Origin: Ktedonobacterales bacterium
Lineage (GTDB): Bacteria > Chloroflexota > Ktedonobacteria > Ktedonobacterales > DATBGS01
Direction of reading: 5' to 3'
Assembly (NCBI GenBank): GCA_036557285.1
Contig: DATBHW010000042.1
Coordinates: 59,412 to 123,411 of the forward strand
Length of the DNA stretch: 64,000 nucleotides
The position numbers and the translations under genes were made by a program. The notes under the pieces are model-generated. The model was not told the origin of the DNA. It did not search any database and worked only from the letters and a program-made list of their open reading frames with translations. This document shows positions 8,707-18,521 of this stretch, in pieces (within the stretch, counting starts at the first letter, position 1; every line of letters begins with the position of its first letter).

Positions 8707-10337
8707 GCGTTGATCTGCTCGCGTTTTTGCCCTGCCGACCAGCCAAGCTGAAGGGCCATCAGTTTCGCCACATCTCCAGCAACGTCAGCGCCTCGCTGGC
8801 GATCTTCAATCGCCAGGCGCGTGCGGCGCTCCATCATATCTTCCAGTTTCAGCGCCATCTCAGCGCGGCAGGCATACGGCGCCTCCGCCCGAATATAGGG
8901 CAGATCAGGCACAATGCGCCGCGCCAGGCTGGCATCGTGATCGATCAGATCAAGCACCGCCAGCGCCTCACCGCCATAGTACAAGCCAAGATGCTCCACA
9001 ATATCCGCGCCCAGCCCCAACGCGCGCGCCCGCCTGGAAAGCTCCTCAGCAGCTTCCGACCAGCGTTCGGCCCCCAGCAGCAGCAAATGCTCGGTGGGAT
9101 GCCGAATTGGCAGATGATCACGCCGCGCCAGGTGATCAACCGTATCCTGGCCCATCCGACGCCAGGTCGTCAGCTTCCCGCCGACAATCGAAATCAGGCC
9201 GTTAGGGTGTTCCAGAATCGCGTGGGTGCGCGACAGATTCTTGCCCTGCGTCTTATCGCGCGAACGGACCAGCGGGCGATACCCCGCAAAGGTGCTTACC
9301 ACATCATCCTGGGTCAGATGCACGTCCAGATAGCGGTTCACATGCCGGATAAGATACTCAATGTCTTCCTGGCTGGTGGTGGGATGATCGAGATCGCCAG
9401 CGCCCGTATCGGTAGTCCCGATAATCGCCCGGCCCTCCCAGGGGATCACAAACAGGATGCGGTTATCTTCCGTCTGCGGCAGAACAATCGCCATCTCCTC
9501 CAGCCGCAGGCGCTCGCGTGAAACCACCAGATGCACGCCCTTGCTCGGCTGCACCTCAATTTGGGCTGCTCCGCCCGTCAGCGCCTCAATCCGTTCTGCC
9601 CAGACACCGCCCGCATTCACAAAATGGCGCGCCTGAATCGTCAACTCGCGCCCCGTCAGCTTATCGCGCACCTGCGCGGCAGAAAGCTTACCATCGCGCT
9701 GCTGGAAACCGATCACTTCCGCGTGGTTGGCAATGGCCGCGTTCCAGCGGGCCGCCGTTCGCAGCCCCACCAGCGTTAAGCGCGCGTCATCAAGCTGGGC
9801 ATCGTAATAGGTGAAAGCATTCCGCAGCTTTTCAGGCTTCAGCGCCGGAGCCAGCCTCAGTGCTTCTGCCTGGCTGATGCGGCGGTGGCGCTGAATGTTC
9901 CGACGTCCGGCCAGCGCATCATAAAGGTGCAGGCCAATATCCAGCACCCAGCTATTGCCTATGCCGCCTGGCAGCGTCACCGGCAAGCCCACCGGATGGC
10001 GATCACCCTGATACATCGGCAGCACAAAGCCCATCGGGCGCACCAGAAACGGCACATTCTCCAGCATCAGCCCGCGCTCAACCAGCGCCTCATGGATCAG
10101 GCCAAAATCGAATTGGGGCAGATAACGGATGCCCCCATGCGCCAGCTTCGTTGATTTACTGCTGGTGCCGCTGGCAAAGTCGCTGCGCTCCACCAGCGCC
10201 ACCGAATAGCCGCGTGTAGCCGCGTCAAGCGCAACGCCTGCTCCCGTAATGCCACCGCCGATGACCAGCACATCAAAAGGTTCGCGGGCCATCCGTTCGA
10301 GATATTCGCCGCGCGCCGCAGCCGAAAAGGTTTCCAT
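8655..10337 (-). CDS. glpD: FAD-dependent glycerol-3-phosphate dehydrogenase
   Basis: FDVLVIGGGITGAGVALDAATRGYSVALVE..SGTSSKSTKLAHGGIRYL. The internal ATG at 10337 (METFS) is preferred over the track start. Confidence 0.9.
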   Translation of the reverse strand: METFSAAARGEYLERMAREPFDVLVIGGGITGAGVALDAATRGYSVALVERSDFASGTSSKSTKLAHGGIRYLPQFDFGLIHEALVERGLMLENVPFLVRPMGFVLPMYQGDRHPVGLPVTLPGGIGNSWVLDIGLHLYDALAGRRNIQRHRRISQAEALRLAPALKPEKLRNAFTYYDAQLDDARLTLVGLRTAARWNAAIANHAEVIGFQQRDGKLSAAQVRDKLTGRELTIQARHFVNAGGVWAERIEALTGGAAQIEVQPSKGVHLVVSRERLRLEEMAIVLPQTEDNRILFVIPWEGRAIIGTTDTGAGDLDHPTTSQEDIEYLIRHVNRYLDVHLTQDDVVSTFAGYRPLVRSRDKTQGKNLSRTHAILEHPNGLISIVGGKLTTWRRMGQDTVDHLARRDHLPIRHPTEHLLLLGAERWSEAAEELSRRARALGLGADIVEHLGLYYGGEALAVLDLIDHDASLARRIVPDLPYIRAEAPYACRAEMALKLEDMMERRTRLAIEDRQRGADVAGDVAKLMALQLGWSAGQKREQINAYRAWVGKEELSEQAPV

Positions 10338-10520
10338 GCTCTTTTGGGCGCGGGTACCCACTGCCGAGAGAAGTGGGAGGAAGCGCCCCCTCCTTTCGCA
10401 TAGTTGACTTTCCACCTGCGTATCCTTATCCTCATACACCAGCAACAGACTCTATTTTCCACACACCTACAACGAGCAACTCCCTTTCCCAGCCACCACG
10501 CAGCAGGAAACACAGGCCGT

Positions 10521-11504
10521 TCAGACCTCGCGGGTAGTACGGCCACGCTCCTCCATCTCAGGGCCAGCCGCTCCTGGTTGCTCTCGGACGGTTCTGCCGC
10601 GTTCTTCAAGGGCGCTCGCTGCTTGTTCGTGGCGCGCCACCAGAACCGAGTGAATGCCCAGGTCATAGACCAGCGCCCCAATGACACCGCCGACGAGCGG
10701 CCCGACAATCGGCACCCACATATACCCTCCTGGGCCGGGAATAGCGAGCAGCCCATAGCCAACGGTGAACGCGAACAAACGCGGGCCAAAATCGCGCGCC
10801 GGGTTAATCGCATACCCTGCATTCAACCCAAAGGACAGGCCAATTGCCACCACGATCAAACCAATGATAAAAGGCGCGAGGTTCGATTGCACTGGCTGGT
10901 TCAACAGATCAACCACAGCAAAAATCAGGCCCACCAGCAGCGCCGTTCCCAACACCTGATCGGCGAATCCGGCCAGGTTCGAGACGGTCGCGGGAGGATT
11001 ACCCGGAATCTGCAACGAGTTCGGGAACGTGTAGAGAATCTTCGCTGACAAAATGGCCGCGTTGTTGGCTGTCACGCCGCGAATGATATGATTCGCGGCT
11101 TCATAGTTCGAGATAAACCAATTGTAGTTGAAGTACACCATCGCCGCGCCAGCATACGCCCCCAGGACTTGAGCAATCCAGTATGGGACGACCTTCGCCC
11201 AGGGAAACTTCCTCCGCAAAGCAAAGGCCAATGTGACCGCCGGATTGATGTGCGCGCCAGTCACCGCGCCAGCCACATAGACGCCCAGCATAACACCCAG
11301 ACCCCACCCCAGGGAAATCACCATCCAGTTATTGAACAGGGGATTGTTGAACCCCGTACCGGCTCCCAGGGCGATTGCCACAGCGCCATCGCCAAAGAGG
11401 ATCAGCACCATCGTACCCAGAAACTCAGCTATGAGTTCCCCCCAGATGCTGCCCAGGAACCTGTTCGCGCGAACACGATCAATGTTGAGCAATGAGCCTT
11501 GCAT
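10521..11504 (-). CDS. glpF: Aquaglyceroporin (MIP family) with an unusual charged C-terminal tail
   Basis: Two NPA boxes (HINPAVTLAF and AINPARDFGPR). AGGAG precedes the ATG at 11504; the longer track start (11648) reads through REP units. The tail is ..ALEERGRTVREQPGAAGPEMEERGRTTREV. Confidence 0.9.
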   Translation of the reverse strand: MQGSLLNIDRVRANRFLGSIWGELIAEFLGTMVLILFGDGAVAIALGAGTGFNNPLFNNWMVISLGWGLGVMLGVYVAGAVTGAHINPAVTLAFALRRKFPWAKVVPYWIAQVLGAYAGAAMVYFNYNWFISNYEAANHIIRGVTANNAAILSAKILYTFPNSLQIPGNPPATVSNLAGFADQVLGTALLVGLIFAVVDLLNQPVQSNLAPFIIGLIVVAIGLSFGLNAGYAINPARDFGPRLFAFTVGYGLLAIPGPGGYMWVPIVGPLVGGVIGALVYDLGIHSVLVARHEQAASALEERGRTVREQPGAAGPEMEERGRTTREV

Positions 11505-11528
11505 GTCTTGTTCTCCTAAAGAAGCTGT

Positions 11529-11660
11529 ATGTATCGCCGTCTCAGCGGCCACTTGTAGCGCCGCCTTCCAGGCGTCCATCCGCCTGTACCGCCGCCGTCC
11601 CTGGCGGCGAACCGCCGCGCTCGCGCGGACGCTGCCCCCTCCAGGCAAGCGCCACGCTTG
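11529..11660. repeat. REP-like cluster between glpK and glpF
   Basis: Three core-related units: GTATCGCCGTCTCAGCGGC, GTAGCGCCGCCTTCCAGGCG and GTACCGCCGCCGTCCCTGGCGGC. A GC-rich palindrome CGCGCTCGCGCG is also present. Confidence 0.75.
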
Positions 11661-11678
11661 TTCAGCAAGTGGTATTAC

Positions 11679-13214
11679 CTAAACAGTAAGGGCCTCGCGT
11701 TTTTGCTGCTGCGGCGTCTCCCAGTTGCGGGAGCGATCCACCGCCCGCTTCCAGTTCGCGTATAGTGCTTCGCGCTGATCTTTGCCCATGCGCGGCTCAA
11801 ACACCTGATCGAGCGCCCAGTGTTCGATCAGTTCCTGCTGATTACGCCAGAAGCCCGTCGCCAGGCCAGCCAGATACGCCGCGCCCTGCGCCGTCGTCTC
11901 GGCGACCCTGGGCCGCTCCACTGGCACGCCCAGAATATCCGCCTGGAATTGCAGCAGCAGATTATTGGCAACCGCGCCGCCATCCACGCGCAGCCGCCGC
12001 AGCGGCTCCTGGCTGTCCAGCGTCATCACTTCAGCCACGTCGCGGGTCTGATAGGCTATCGCTTCCAGCGTGGCTCTGGCGATATGCCCGGCAGTCGTCC
12101 CGCGTGTCAGGCCGACAATGGCGCCGCGCGCCCGGTCATCCCAATAGGGCGCGCCCAGCCCCACAAAAGCCGGAACCAGATAGACCCCGCCATTATCCGG
12201 CACAGTACTCGCCAGACCCTCCACCTGGCTGCTGCTCTTGATAATCCCCAGGCCGTCGCGCAGCCACTGCACCGCTGCCCCGGTGATAAAAATGCTCCCC
12301 TCCAGCGCGTAGGTCACATTGGGTCTGGCCGCATCCCCCAACCCCCAGGCGATGGTTGTCAGCAAGCCGCTGGGAGAAGGGACCGGCTTGCCGCCCGTGT
12401 TCATCAACATAAAGGAGCCAGTACCATAGGTATTTTTAGCCTGGCCCGCTTCATAACACACCTGGCCGAACGTAGCCGCCTGCTGATCGCCCGCGTCCCC
12501 GGCGATCTTGATCGGCCCACCAAAGAACTCCGAGGCCGCTTCTCCGTAGACGGCGCTCGATGGCATCACCTGCGGCAGCATCTGGCGTGGCACATCCAAT
12601 TCGTTGAGGATGACATCATCCCAATCCAACCTCTGGATGTTATAGAGCAGCGTGCGCGAAGCGTTAGAAAAGTCGGTGACATGCGCCTTGCCCTTCGTAA
12701 GCCGCCAGATCAAGAAGGTATCAACGGTGCCAAACAGAACCTCGCCCCGGCGGGCGCGTTCGCGCGCGCCCGGCACATGATCCAGAATCCATTTGACCTT
12801 CGTACCCGAAAAGTACGCATCTGTGACCAGGCCAGTGCGCGCCCGAATCTCTTTATCAAAGCCCTTCGCCTTCAGTTCATCGCAGATCGGCGCTGTCAGA
12901 CGGCTCTGCCAGACAATCGCGTTGAAGATCGGCCTGCCGGTATCGCGCTCCCACACAATCGTCGTTTCACGCTGATTGGTAATGCCAATCGCGGCAATAT
13001 CCGCAGCAGACGCGCCCGCGTTGTTTACCACCTGCCGCGCCACCTGAAGCTGCGAGTTCCAGATGTCCTCCGGGTCATGCTCGACCAGCCCTGGCCTGGG
13101 GTAAATCTGCGGAAACTCCTGCTGCGCCGTCTTCACAACAGCGCCATCGTGATTAAAAAGGATCGCGCGGGAACTGGTTGTACCCTGGTCCAGCGCCAAC
13201 ACATACTGAGGCAT
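11679..13214 (-). CDS. glpK: Glycerol kinase
   Basis: 511 aa. [48 protein letters not shown], a full-length FGGY/GlpK signature. Confidence 0.95.
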   Translation of the reverse strand: MPQYVLALDQGTTSSRAILFNHDGAVVKTAQQEFPQIYPRPGLVEHDPEDIWNSQLQVARQVVNNAGASAADIAAIGITNQRETTIVWERDTGRPIFNAIVWQSRLTAPICDELKAKGFDKEIRARTGLVTDAYFSGTKVKWILDHVPGARERARRGEVLFGTVDTFLIWRLTKGKAHVTDFSNASRTLLYNIQRLDWDDVILNELDVPRQMLPQVMPSSAVYGEAASEFFGGPIKIAGDAGDQQAATFGQVCYEAGQAKNTYGTGSFMLMNTGGKPVPSPSGLLTTIAWGLGDAARPNVTYALEGSIFITGAAVQWLRDGLGIIKSSSQVEGLASTVPDNGGVYLVPAFVGLGAPYWDDRARGAIVGLTRGTTAGHIARATLEAIAYQTRDVAEVMTLDSQEPLRRLRVDGGAVANNLLLQFQADILGVPVERPRVAETTAQGAAYLAGLATGFWRNQQELIEHWALDQVFEPRMGKDQREALYANWKRAVDRSRNWETPQQQKREALTV

Positions 13215-13346
13215 AACAAACCCTCCTGCTTCTCAGAATCTCTCAGCGCGCCAGCGATCAAGCTGGGCGCTTCGGAAATCCGGCAAGGAGTATGCCAGGG
13301 AGTATGCCTACGAGCAGCGCCGCTTTTCGTGAGCCTCGTCGGTGAG

Positions 13347-13370
13347 GCGCCCGGAAGGCGGCGCTATCAG
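13347..13370. repeat. Single REP unit (inverted orientation)
   Basis: GCGCCCGGAAGGCGGCGCTATCAG is the reverse-complement form of the GTAGCGCCGCC core. Confidence 0.6.
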
Positions 13371-13402
13371 CGGTATCCACAAGCATTCAAGAAGATCGGG
13401 TA

Positions 13403-13870
13403 TCACCCGACGATCTCAATGCTGGTGGCGTTGATGGTCCTGCCCTGACCAGTGCAGGAGCCAACGACGTAAATCTTGGAGCCGACGACAACGGCGCTTA
13501 CCGTAGCAGAATGACCATTCTGCGTGTAGCGAGTCCTTGAGTTGATGTGGATGGTGGCGGTGCTGCCATCCGACCTGGTAACGGTGATGGTCCTGCTGTT
13601 CACCTTTGAGACGACCAGTTCGCCATTACACTGGCCCGGCGTGCCTGGTCCGACAGTTGGCATCTGGCGGGTATCCACCCCGCCGGGCTTTGCGCCCTTT
13701 GCTGCCTGGACCTGGCTCGCGCCGAGCGTTGACCCCAGGAACGCGCCCATCCCCAGGGCAAGCGTCAATGCGAGGGCGATGCCCCCCCACCGAAGACGCC
13801 TGCGACCCCTCTGGCGTGGCGCAGGCGCCTGGGCAAACGAGGACACTGCTGGCTCTCCAAAGTCTTCCAT
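13403..13870 (-). CDS. Secreted/anchored hypothetical protein (DUF5666-like beta domain)
   Basis: An Arg-rich N-terminus is followed by the hydrophobic segment IALALTLALGMGAFLGSTLGA. The C-terminal pattern is TITVTRSDGSTATIHINSRTRYTQNG..VVGSKIYVVG. The family call comes from memory only. Confidence 0.55.
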   Translation of the reverse strand: MEDFGEPAVSSFAQAPAPRQRGRRRLRWGGIALALTLALGMGAFLGSTLGASQVQAAKGAKPGGVDTRQMPTVGPGTPGQCNGELVVSKVNSRTITVTRSDGSTATIHINSRTRYTQNGHSATVSAVVVGSKIYVVGSCTGQGRTINATSIEIVG

Positions 13871-14033
13871 TCATATCCCCCTTGAAGAAGCAACTGATGC
13901 GGCGAACGTACTCACCGCATTGCCGCATCGGTCGCACATTTTACGCCTTTGTCGGGAAGAGCCGAACAACAGTGTATGGGAAAGGAGCTAGTTTTTTGAC
14001 GAAGGGTGAGGCGCTGGCAAAGACAGGCGTCTC

Positions 14034-14072
14034 TGGACAAAAACAGCGCGCTCACCTCAGAGATGAGCGCGC
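14034..14072 (-). terminator. Rho-independent terminator after the Cys-rich gene
   Basis: On the minus strand: GCGCGCTCA, a 9-nt loop, TGAGCGCGC, then TGTTTTTGT. The stem spans 14046-14054 and 14064-14072. Confidence 0.6.
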
Positions 14073-14159
14073 GTGAGGCTGCATGCTCGCTAACTCGCGT
14101 TCCTGTTTATAAATGGCTATACAGCGGTGTTATATCAAATCTGCATGAAGAGGAGCGTT

Positions 14160-14546
14160 TTATTTGTAGCGCCCGAAGAAGCGTCTCCAACCCTTGCGAG
14201 GCGCTGGCATTTCGGCGCGTTCCAGGCCCAGCAGGTCTTCAATCGTAGTGATTGCCTCTTGAGCATCGGGCAGAGTGCGCCTTGCCTCCGGCGTGAGCGC
14301 GGTGGAAGCGCCCACGTCTCCTGGCGCTTTCCGGCGGGCAGCCGAGAAAAGCGCGGGCTGCAACGCCGCGCATCGTTCACAGAGAATCTCTACGCGCGGC
14401 GCCAGCATTGGCTGCATGCCGGGGCCATGTCCGGCGTGGGTTCGCTCCTCCAGGTGGTCAATACAGCAGGCGGCCCCACAGCTTCGGCAGACCGCTGCCG
14501 CCGATGTCGAAACGCCAGCGCGCAGGCACAGGTAACAGTTCATCAA
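14160..14546 (-). CDS. Small cysteine-rich protein (DUF2180-like)
   Basis: MMNCYLC..AAVCRSCGAACCIDH..ILCERC gives a CxxC/CxxC metal-binding-like pattern. A terminator lies downstream. Confidence 0.55.
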   Translation of the reverse strand: MMNCYLCLRAGVSTSAAAVCRSCGAACCIDHLEERTHAGHGPGMQPMLAPRVEILCERCAALQPALFSAARRKAPGDVGASTALTPEARRTLPDAQEAITTIEDLLGLERAEMPAPRKGWRRFFGRYK

Positions 14547-14637
14547 CGCCTCTCCTTTCCCACGCCACGCGGAGCGAGCGATCCCGTTCTTTTCTTCTCC
14601 ACCGTTTCTGGAACGGTAACAGATGGGCTATGCGCTG

Positions 14638-15972
14638 TCAAACGTTCAGGACATTTTCCTTATCAGCCTCAGCGATGCTGCGCGCCTTCTCTTGCAGCGG
14701 ACTCGTATAGCGGCGCAGCGCGGCCCAGCGCCACGCAATCCAGCCTGTCAGCAGGAAGGTTGCCAGCCCGCCGGTCACGATAGCAAAGGGCGCGCCCAAA
14801 AAAGCCGCCACCAGCCCGGCCTCTAGCTCGCCCAGTTGCGGGCCAGCGTCTGCCAGGAGCATATGGATGCTCGACATACGCCCCCGCACGTAATCGGGCG
14901 TCAGCGTGTGGCGAATCGTCGCCCGAATAATCGTAGAGACCGTATCGCCTGCGCCCGTCAGGCCAAAGAGAAGATACGAAAGCGCGAAAAACGGCGAAAG
15001 CCCGAAAAGCGCCGTCGCCAGCCCATAGGCCGCCACACTTCCCAGCATCGTCAAGCCTTGCCGCCGAACGTCCCGACGCAGCGACAGAATGACGCCCGTC
15101 GAGACAGCCCCCACCGGCTGAGCCGTCGCCAGCAGCCCATAGCCCTGCACGCCCACATGCAGCACGCGATCCGCCACGATGGGCAGCATCGTTCGCGCCG
15201 ACGAAAAGAAGGTCGCGTAAAAGTCAACCAGCATCGTACCCCAGATTAGCCGCGTGCCCCGTACAAAGCGCAGACCCTCCGCCAGCGAGCGCCAGCTAAT
15301 CTCGGATCGCTCTACGCCTGCCTGCCCACGATAGCGCAGCGCCCACACCGCGCCAAAGACCGCCACAAACGAAAGGGCATTGAGGGCATAGACCAGACCA
15401 ATCGCCAGATGAGCGATGGTCACGCCTGCCAGCGCCGGGCCAATGATCGTGCCGATCATCCAGATCAGCGAGTTCAGGCTCACGGCGTTGGTCAGATGCT
15501 CGCGGGGGACCAGTTGAGGCACAAGCGAGTTTTGGGCAGGCTCATCGAACGCCTCGATAGCGATACCGGCTGCCGTCAGCAGATAGAGCGCGATCAGCGT
15601 AATATGCCCCGTCAATGTAATTGCTGCCAGCACAGCGGCGATAGCCACCGAGCCAATATTGCACCATAGAATCAGTTTGCGGCGATCAAAGCGATCTGCC
15701 AGCAGCCCGCCGAGCAGCGCGAAGGTGATGATAGGGAAGACGCGCACCAATCCCAGCAGGCCCAGCCCCAGCGCCCCGGCGCTCACGGATACTTGATGCC
15801 CAAAGAATGTGGGGGTATAGGTTGTCCCTTGCAGCAGTTGATAGACGTGCCAGTTGATCGCCACCACCTGCATCTGCGAGCCGGTAGAAGAGATCAGTTC
15901 GCCGCCCCAAAAGAGCCGGAAGTCCCGATGCCGCAGGGCCGCCAGGCGAGGCGTAGTCGTGTTCGCGCTCAC
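14638..15972 (-). CDS. MFS transporter (EntS/MFS_3-like exporter)
   Basis: 444 aa and roughly 12 hydrophobic helices. Starts ..RHRDFRLFWGGELISSTGSQMQVVAINWHVY; GGLLADRFDRRK loop. GTG start after GGAGGGG. Confidence 0.85.
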   Translation of the reverse strand: MSANTTTPRLAALRHRDFRLFWGGELISSTGSQMQVVAINWHVYQLLQGTTYTPTFFGHQVSVSAGALGLGLLGLVRVFPIITFALLGGLLADRFDRRKLILWCNIGSVAIAAVLAAITLTGHITLIALYLLTAAGIAIEAFDEPAQNSLVPQLVPREHLTNAVSLNSLIWMIGTIIGPALAGVTIAHLAIGLVYALNALSFVAVFGAVWALRYRGQAGVERSEISWRSLAEGLRFVRGTRLIWGTMLVDFYATFFSSARTMLPIVADRVLHVGVQGYGLLATAQPVGAVSTGVILSLRRDVRRQGLTMLGSVAAYGLATALFGLSPFFALSYLLFGLTGAGDTVSTIIRATIRHTLTPDYVRGRMSSIHMLLADAGPQLGELEAGLVAAFLGAPFAIVTGGLATFLLTGWIAWRWAALRRYTSPLQEKARSIAEADKENVLNV

Positions 15973-16105
15973 AATCGCCCCTCCAGTTCGCGCATCTCAG
16001 CGTTTGGCACGCGACAGGCGTTCTGGATAGAGCAGGGCATGCGGCAAAGTCTCCTGACTGGCAAAGTTGGCAGCGCGATGAGGAACGGGCGTTCCACAGG
16101 CTCAC

Positions 16106-16135
16106 AGCATATCATGCCCCGCGCCAGGCTGTCAA
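16106..16135 (-). promoter_or_regulatory. Candidate promoter for the MFS gene
   Basis: Minus strand: TTGACA (16135-16130), 18-nt spacer, TATGCT (16111-16106). Confidence 0.4.
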
Positions 16136-16142
16136 GCCAGTT

Positions 16143-17027
16143 TCACGGCCAGGAGAGACCCATCGGGTTCGGAATGGGAACCCCGCCCCTTTCCACGATC
16201 AGCCCGCTCAATGGCCTGACAAGCTCAAGGAGCCGGGCCAGCTTCTCTTCTCCTAAATGACGCCAGGGCGGCATAGCTAACTCGTTGGTACGCTCCTCGA
16301 TAGCATTCCGGCCAGCCCAACCACGCTCCGTGAGTTTGCCTGTTTCGTCGAGCCAGCCTCGGCTCACCAGGCGCACCTGCGCGGCTTCCCACTCCTCATC
16401 GCTCCAGCCGCGACTGGGCTGGACCGTCTCCCTGGGCGCGCTGCCAGCCCCCACCAGCGTCAGGTGCGCTTCGCAGCCATCCAGTCCCTCAGCCAGCAGG
16501 GCGGCCACATGGCCGTCGCCTCGGAACTCGCGCAGCAGCGTCGCCGCGTGCCAGAGCGCCAGATGGGCCGCCGCAGGCCAGGGCAGCGCGAGATGCGCCG
16601 CAAAAAGCGGGCGGCCAGCCACGCTGCATCCCTCAATCGCCTGGCGCGCCAGATCAGCCGCTTCAGCCATCTCAGGGGCGCTTACCCGCTCGCCCAACAG
16701 TCGGCGCAGCGCCGCGTCGGCCCCCTCGAAGCGAGCCGCAAGCACCCGCTCAGGCGTCGAAAACTGCCAGGCATCGGGAATAGCCCGCGCCACCATGCGC
16801 GGATGAAAATTAAAGAAGGTCGCGGCCACTACGTTCGCCGACACCGGCCCCATCGCCGCCGTCCGCGAAGCAAAGTAGCCCATCCAATAGCCCTTCAGGC
16901 CAGCGGCAGTATAGCCTTCGCGGGCCTCCGGGGCAAAATAAACCATCGCGTGATATGGCTCCAGCGTCTTCCACGCCAGCCGGGCGGGATGCTGCTCCCA
17001 GGTGTTTGATGCAGATATGCTGCTCAA
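16143..17027 (-). CDS. Conserved hypothetical helical protein, translationally coupled to the AlkZ-like gene
   Basis: 294 aa. LEPYHAMVYFAPEAREGYTAAGLKGYWMGYFASRTAAMGPV..FFNFHP. Shares a 4-bp overlap (17024-17027) with the upstream gene. I cannot assign a confident family. Confidence 0.6.
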   Translation of the reverse strand: MSSISASNTWEQHPARLAWKTLEPYHAMVYFAPEAREGYTAAGLKGYWMGYFASRTAAMGPVSANVVAATFFNFHPRMVARAIPDAWQFSTPERVLAARFEGADAALRRLLGERVSAPEMAEAADLARQAIEGCSVAGRPLFAAHLALPWPAAAHLALWHAATLLREFRGDGHVAALLAEGLDGCEAHLTLVGAGSAPRETVQPSRGWSDEEWEAAQVRLVSRGWLDETGKLTERGWAGRNAIEERTNELAMPPWRHLGEEKLARLLELVRPLSGLIVERGGVPIPNPMGLSWP

Positions 17028-18175
17028 GATGATGCCTCCAATCCATTTTCCATATAGACTACTTCAGCCGGAGCGCCGAGGAAGACGCCCAACCGATCAG
17101 CCTCCTCCTGGATACTCCCCTTGATGGCGGCATCCAGCGAAATAAAGGGATCAATTCGTACCACCACCCGCTGGCTGCGCTTCTCGTGCCGCCAGACTCC
17201 AGCAATGCGACCACGCGCCAGCAGCACCGGAGAAATCCAGCCCGACTGCCGGGAAATCTGATCTTTGACTGAACCAGGGAGCAGATGCTCAATATGAGGA
17301 AGGACACCAATCAGGTAGGCATCAAATCCAGGCAGCAGGCGCGCTGGTGGTGGAAGGGGCAGATTTCCCACCTGTTCGATCATCGAGGTCAACGCCCACG
17401 CTTTCCAGCCGTCAACCGAAACCTCCGTGATCTCATCACCAAGCCGACGGAATGCCTCCCGAACCTCGCGGAGATACCTCGACCCCCACCAGTGCGCAAA
17501 ATCTTCAGGCGTCGCCGGGCCATACGTGGCAAGATAACGCCGCGTAATCGTGATTAGCATCTCATCCGCATCATAATCCTGCCAGGAGCCTATCCATTGG
17601 TCAGGCCGAACAAAGGTCACATGCTGCTCTTGCTTCGGCCCGAAACAGAGATAGCCATGATACGCCGCAGGCTTGAGCAGTTCGCCCCACCCGGAGCGCA
17701 GTACCGCTTCCACCTGCGCCAGGCCGGTAACACGGGCCACTTCTGCCGCCAGTTGCTCGCGGGTCAGGCAGCGTCCATCAAGCGCGATCCTCACCCTCTC
17801 AATGATCGCCAGAAGCTCCTCGCTGCTGAGGTTGTAATATTTCAGCCACGCGCCCGTAATACGGTGGCGAGTTCGCAGCGCAGCGGCCACCAGCGGAAAC
17901 TCTGCGGCATCGAATAGATGTAGCGTCCCGCGCATAGACCACGTTTTGACGAGTGAACGCTGCTTCCAGAGCAGTGCTGACAGCGTATCTGATGGCATAT
18001 CCTGCACACGCGCCCACAGCACAAGCTCCGCTGACGAAAGCACCTGGGCCTGAATACCAATAAGCGCGCCCGCGACTTCAAGCAGACGCTCAAAGGCCAC
18101 TCGCTCGCTGAGATGGTGCTGCACCAGTCGCCAGGCGCAAACTTGCTCCCAGGTCAGTACAAAAGGGTGCTTCAC
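17024..18175 (-). CDS. Winged-helix HTH_42 superfamily protein, AlkZ-like DNA glycosylase (Q-x-Q type)
   Basis: 383 aa. LTWEQVCAWRLVQHHL..VAGALIGIQAQVLSSAELVLWARV contains the Q-A-Q catalytic-motif pattern described for AlkZ-type interstrand-crosslink glycosylases. Confidence 0.7.
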   Translation of the reverse strand: MKHPFVLTWEQVCAWRLVQHHLSERVAFERLLEVAGALIGIQAQVLSSAELVLWARVQDMPSDTLSALLWKQRSLVKTWSMRGTLHLFDAAEFPLVAAALRTRHRITGAWLKYYNLSSEELLAIIERVRIALDGRCLTREQLAAEVARVTGLAQVEAVLRSGWGELLKPAAYHGYLCFGPKQEQHVTFVRPDQWIGSWQDYDADEMLITITRRYLATYGPATPEDFAHWWGSRYLREVREAFRRLGDEITEVSVDGWKAWALTSMIEQVGNLPLPPPARLLPGFDAYLIGVLPHIEHLLPGSVKDQISRQSGWISPVLLARGRIAGVWRHEKRSQRVVVRIDPFISLDAAIKGSIQEEADRLGVFLGAPAEVVYMENGLEASS

Positions 18176-18185
18176 TCCAACCCCA

Positions 18186-18500
18186 TCAATCTACCAGATC
18201 TCCTGGCGCTTCATACAGGCCGCTTGAACACGCAGAGATACGTGGATGTCCACCTATCTTTCCAGCCCGCAGCCGGGTTAGTGATCTGAATGTCTCCATT
18301 ATCCCCACTATTACGGGCTGAATGGAGACCAACTCCCAGCCTTGCCGCCCAAAGTCATCCAACAGCGGCATCAGCGCCTGGGCAGCATACATGGGAAACT
18401 TCTGCCCAGGCCATTTCTCTTGCAGAAATGACGCCTGCTGCCTGGCATCAGCCTCCAGGTACACAACCAGATGCTCCCAGGTAACGACATCGGCTGCCAT
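18186..18500 (-). CDS. Small hypothetical protein
   Basis: GAGGAAA lies upstream of the ATG at 18500 (MAADVVTWEHLVVYLEAD...). The longer track start (18602) is a translated REP palindrome. Confidence 0.5.
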   Translation of the reverse strand: MAADVVTWEHLVVYLEADARQQASFLQEKWPGQKFPMYAAQALMPLLDDFGRQGWELVSIQPVIVGIMETFRSLTRLRAGKIGGHPRISACSSGLYEAPGDLVD

Positions 18501-18521
18501 GCTGTTTTCCTCGCTTCCCAC

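Noticed and set aside
8727-9521. 264-aa plus-strand ORF.
   Set aside because: It is antisense to glpD and has a high-GC artefact composition.
11820-13448. 542-aa plus-strand ORF.
   Set aside because: It is antisense to an unmistakable full-length glpK. Its composition is Arg/Pro/Ala-rich nonsense typical of high-GC antisense frames, and its 3' end runs through a REP unit.
13990-14076. 26-codon TTG-initiated ORF after AAAGGAG (MTKGEALAKTGVSGQKQRAHLRDERA).
   Set aside because: Its 3' half is the terminator hairpin of the convergent minus-strand gene. It is too short and unsupported to call.
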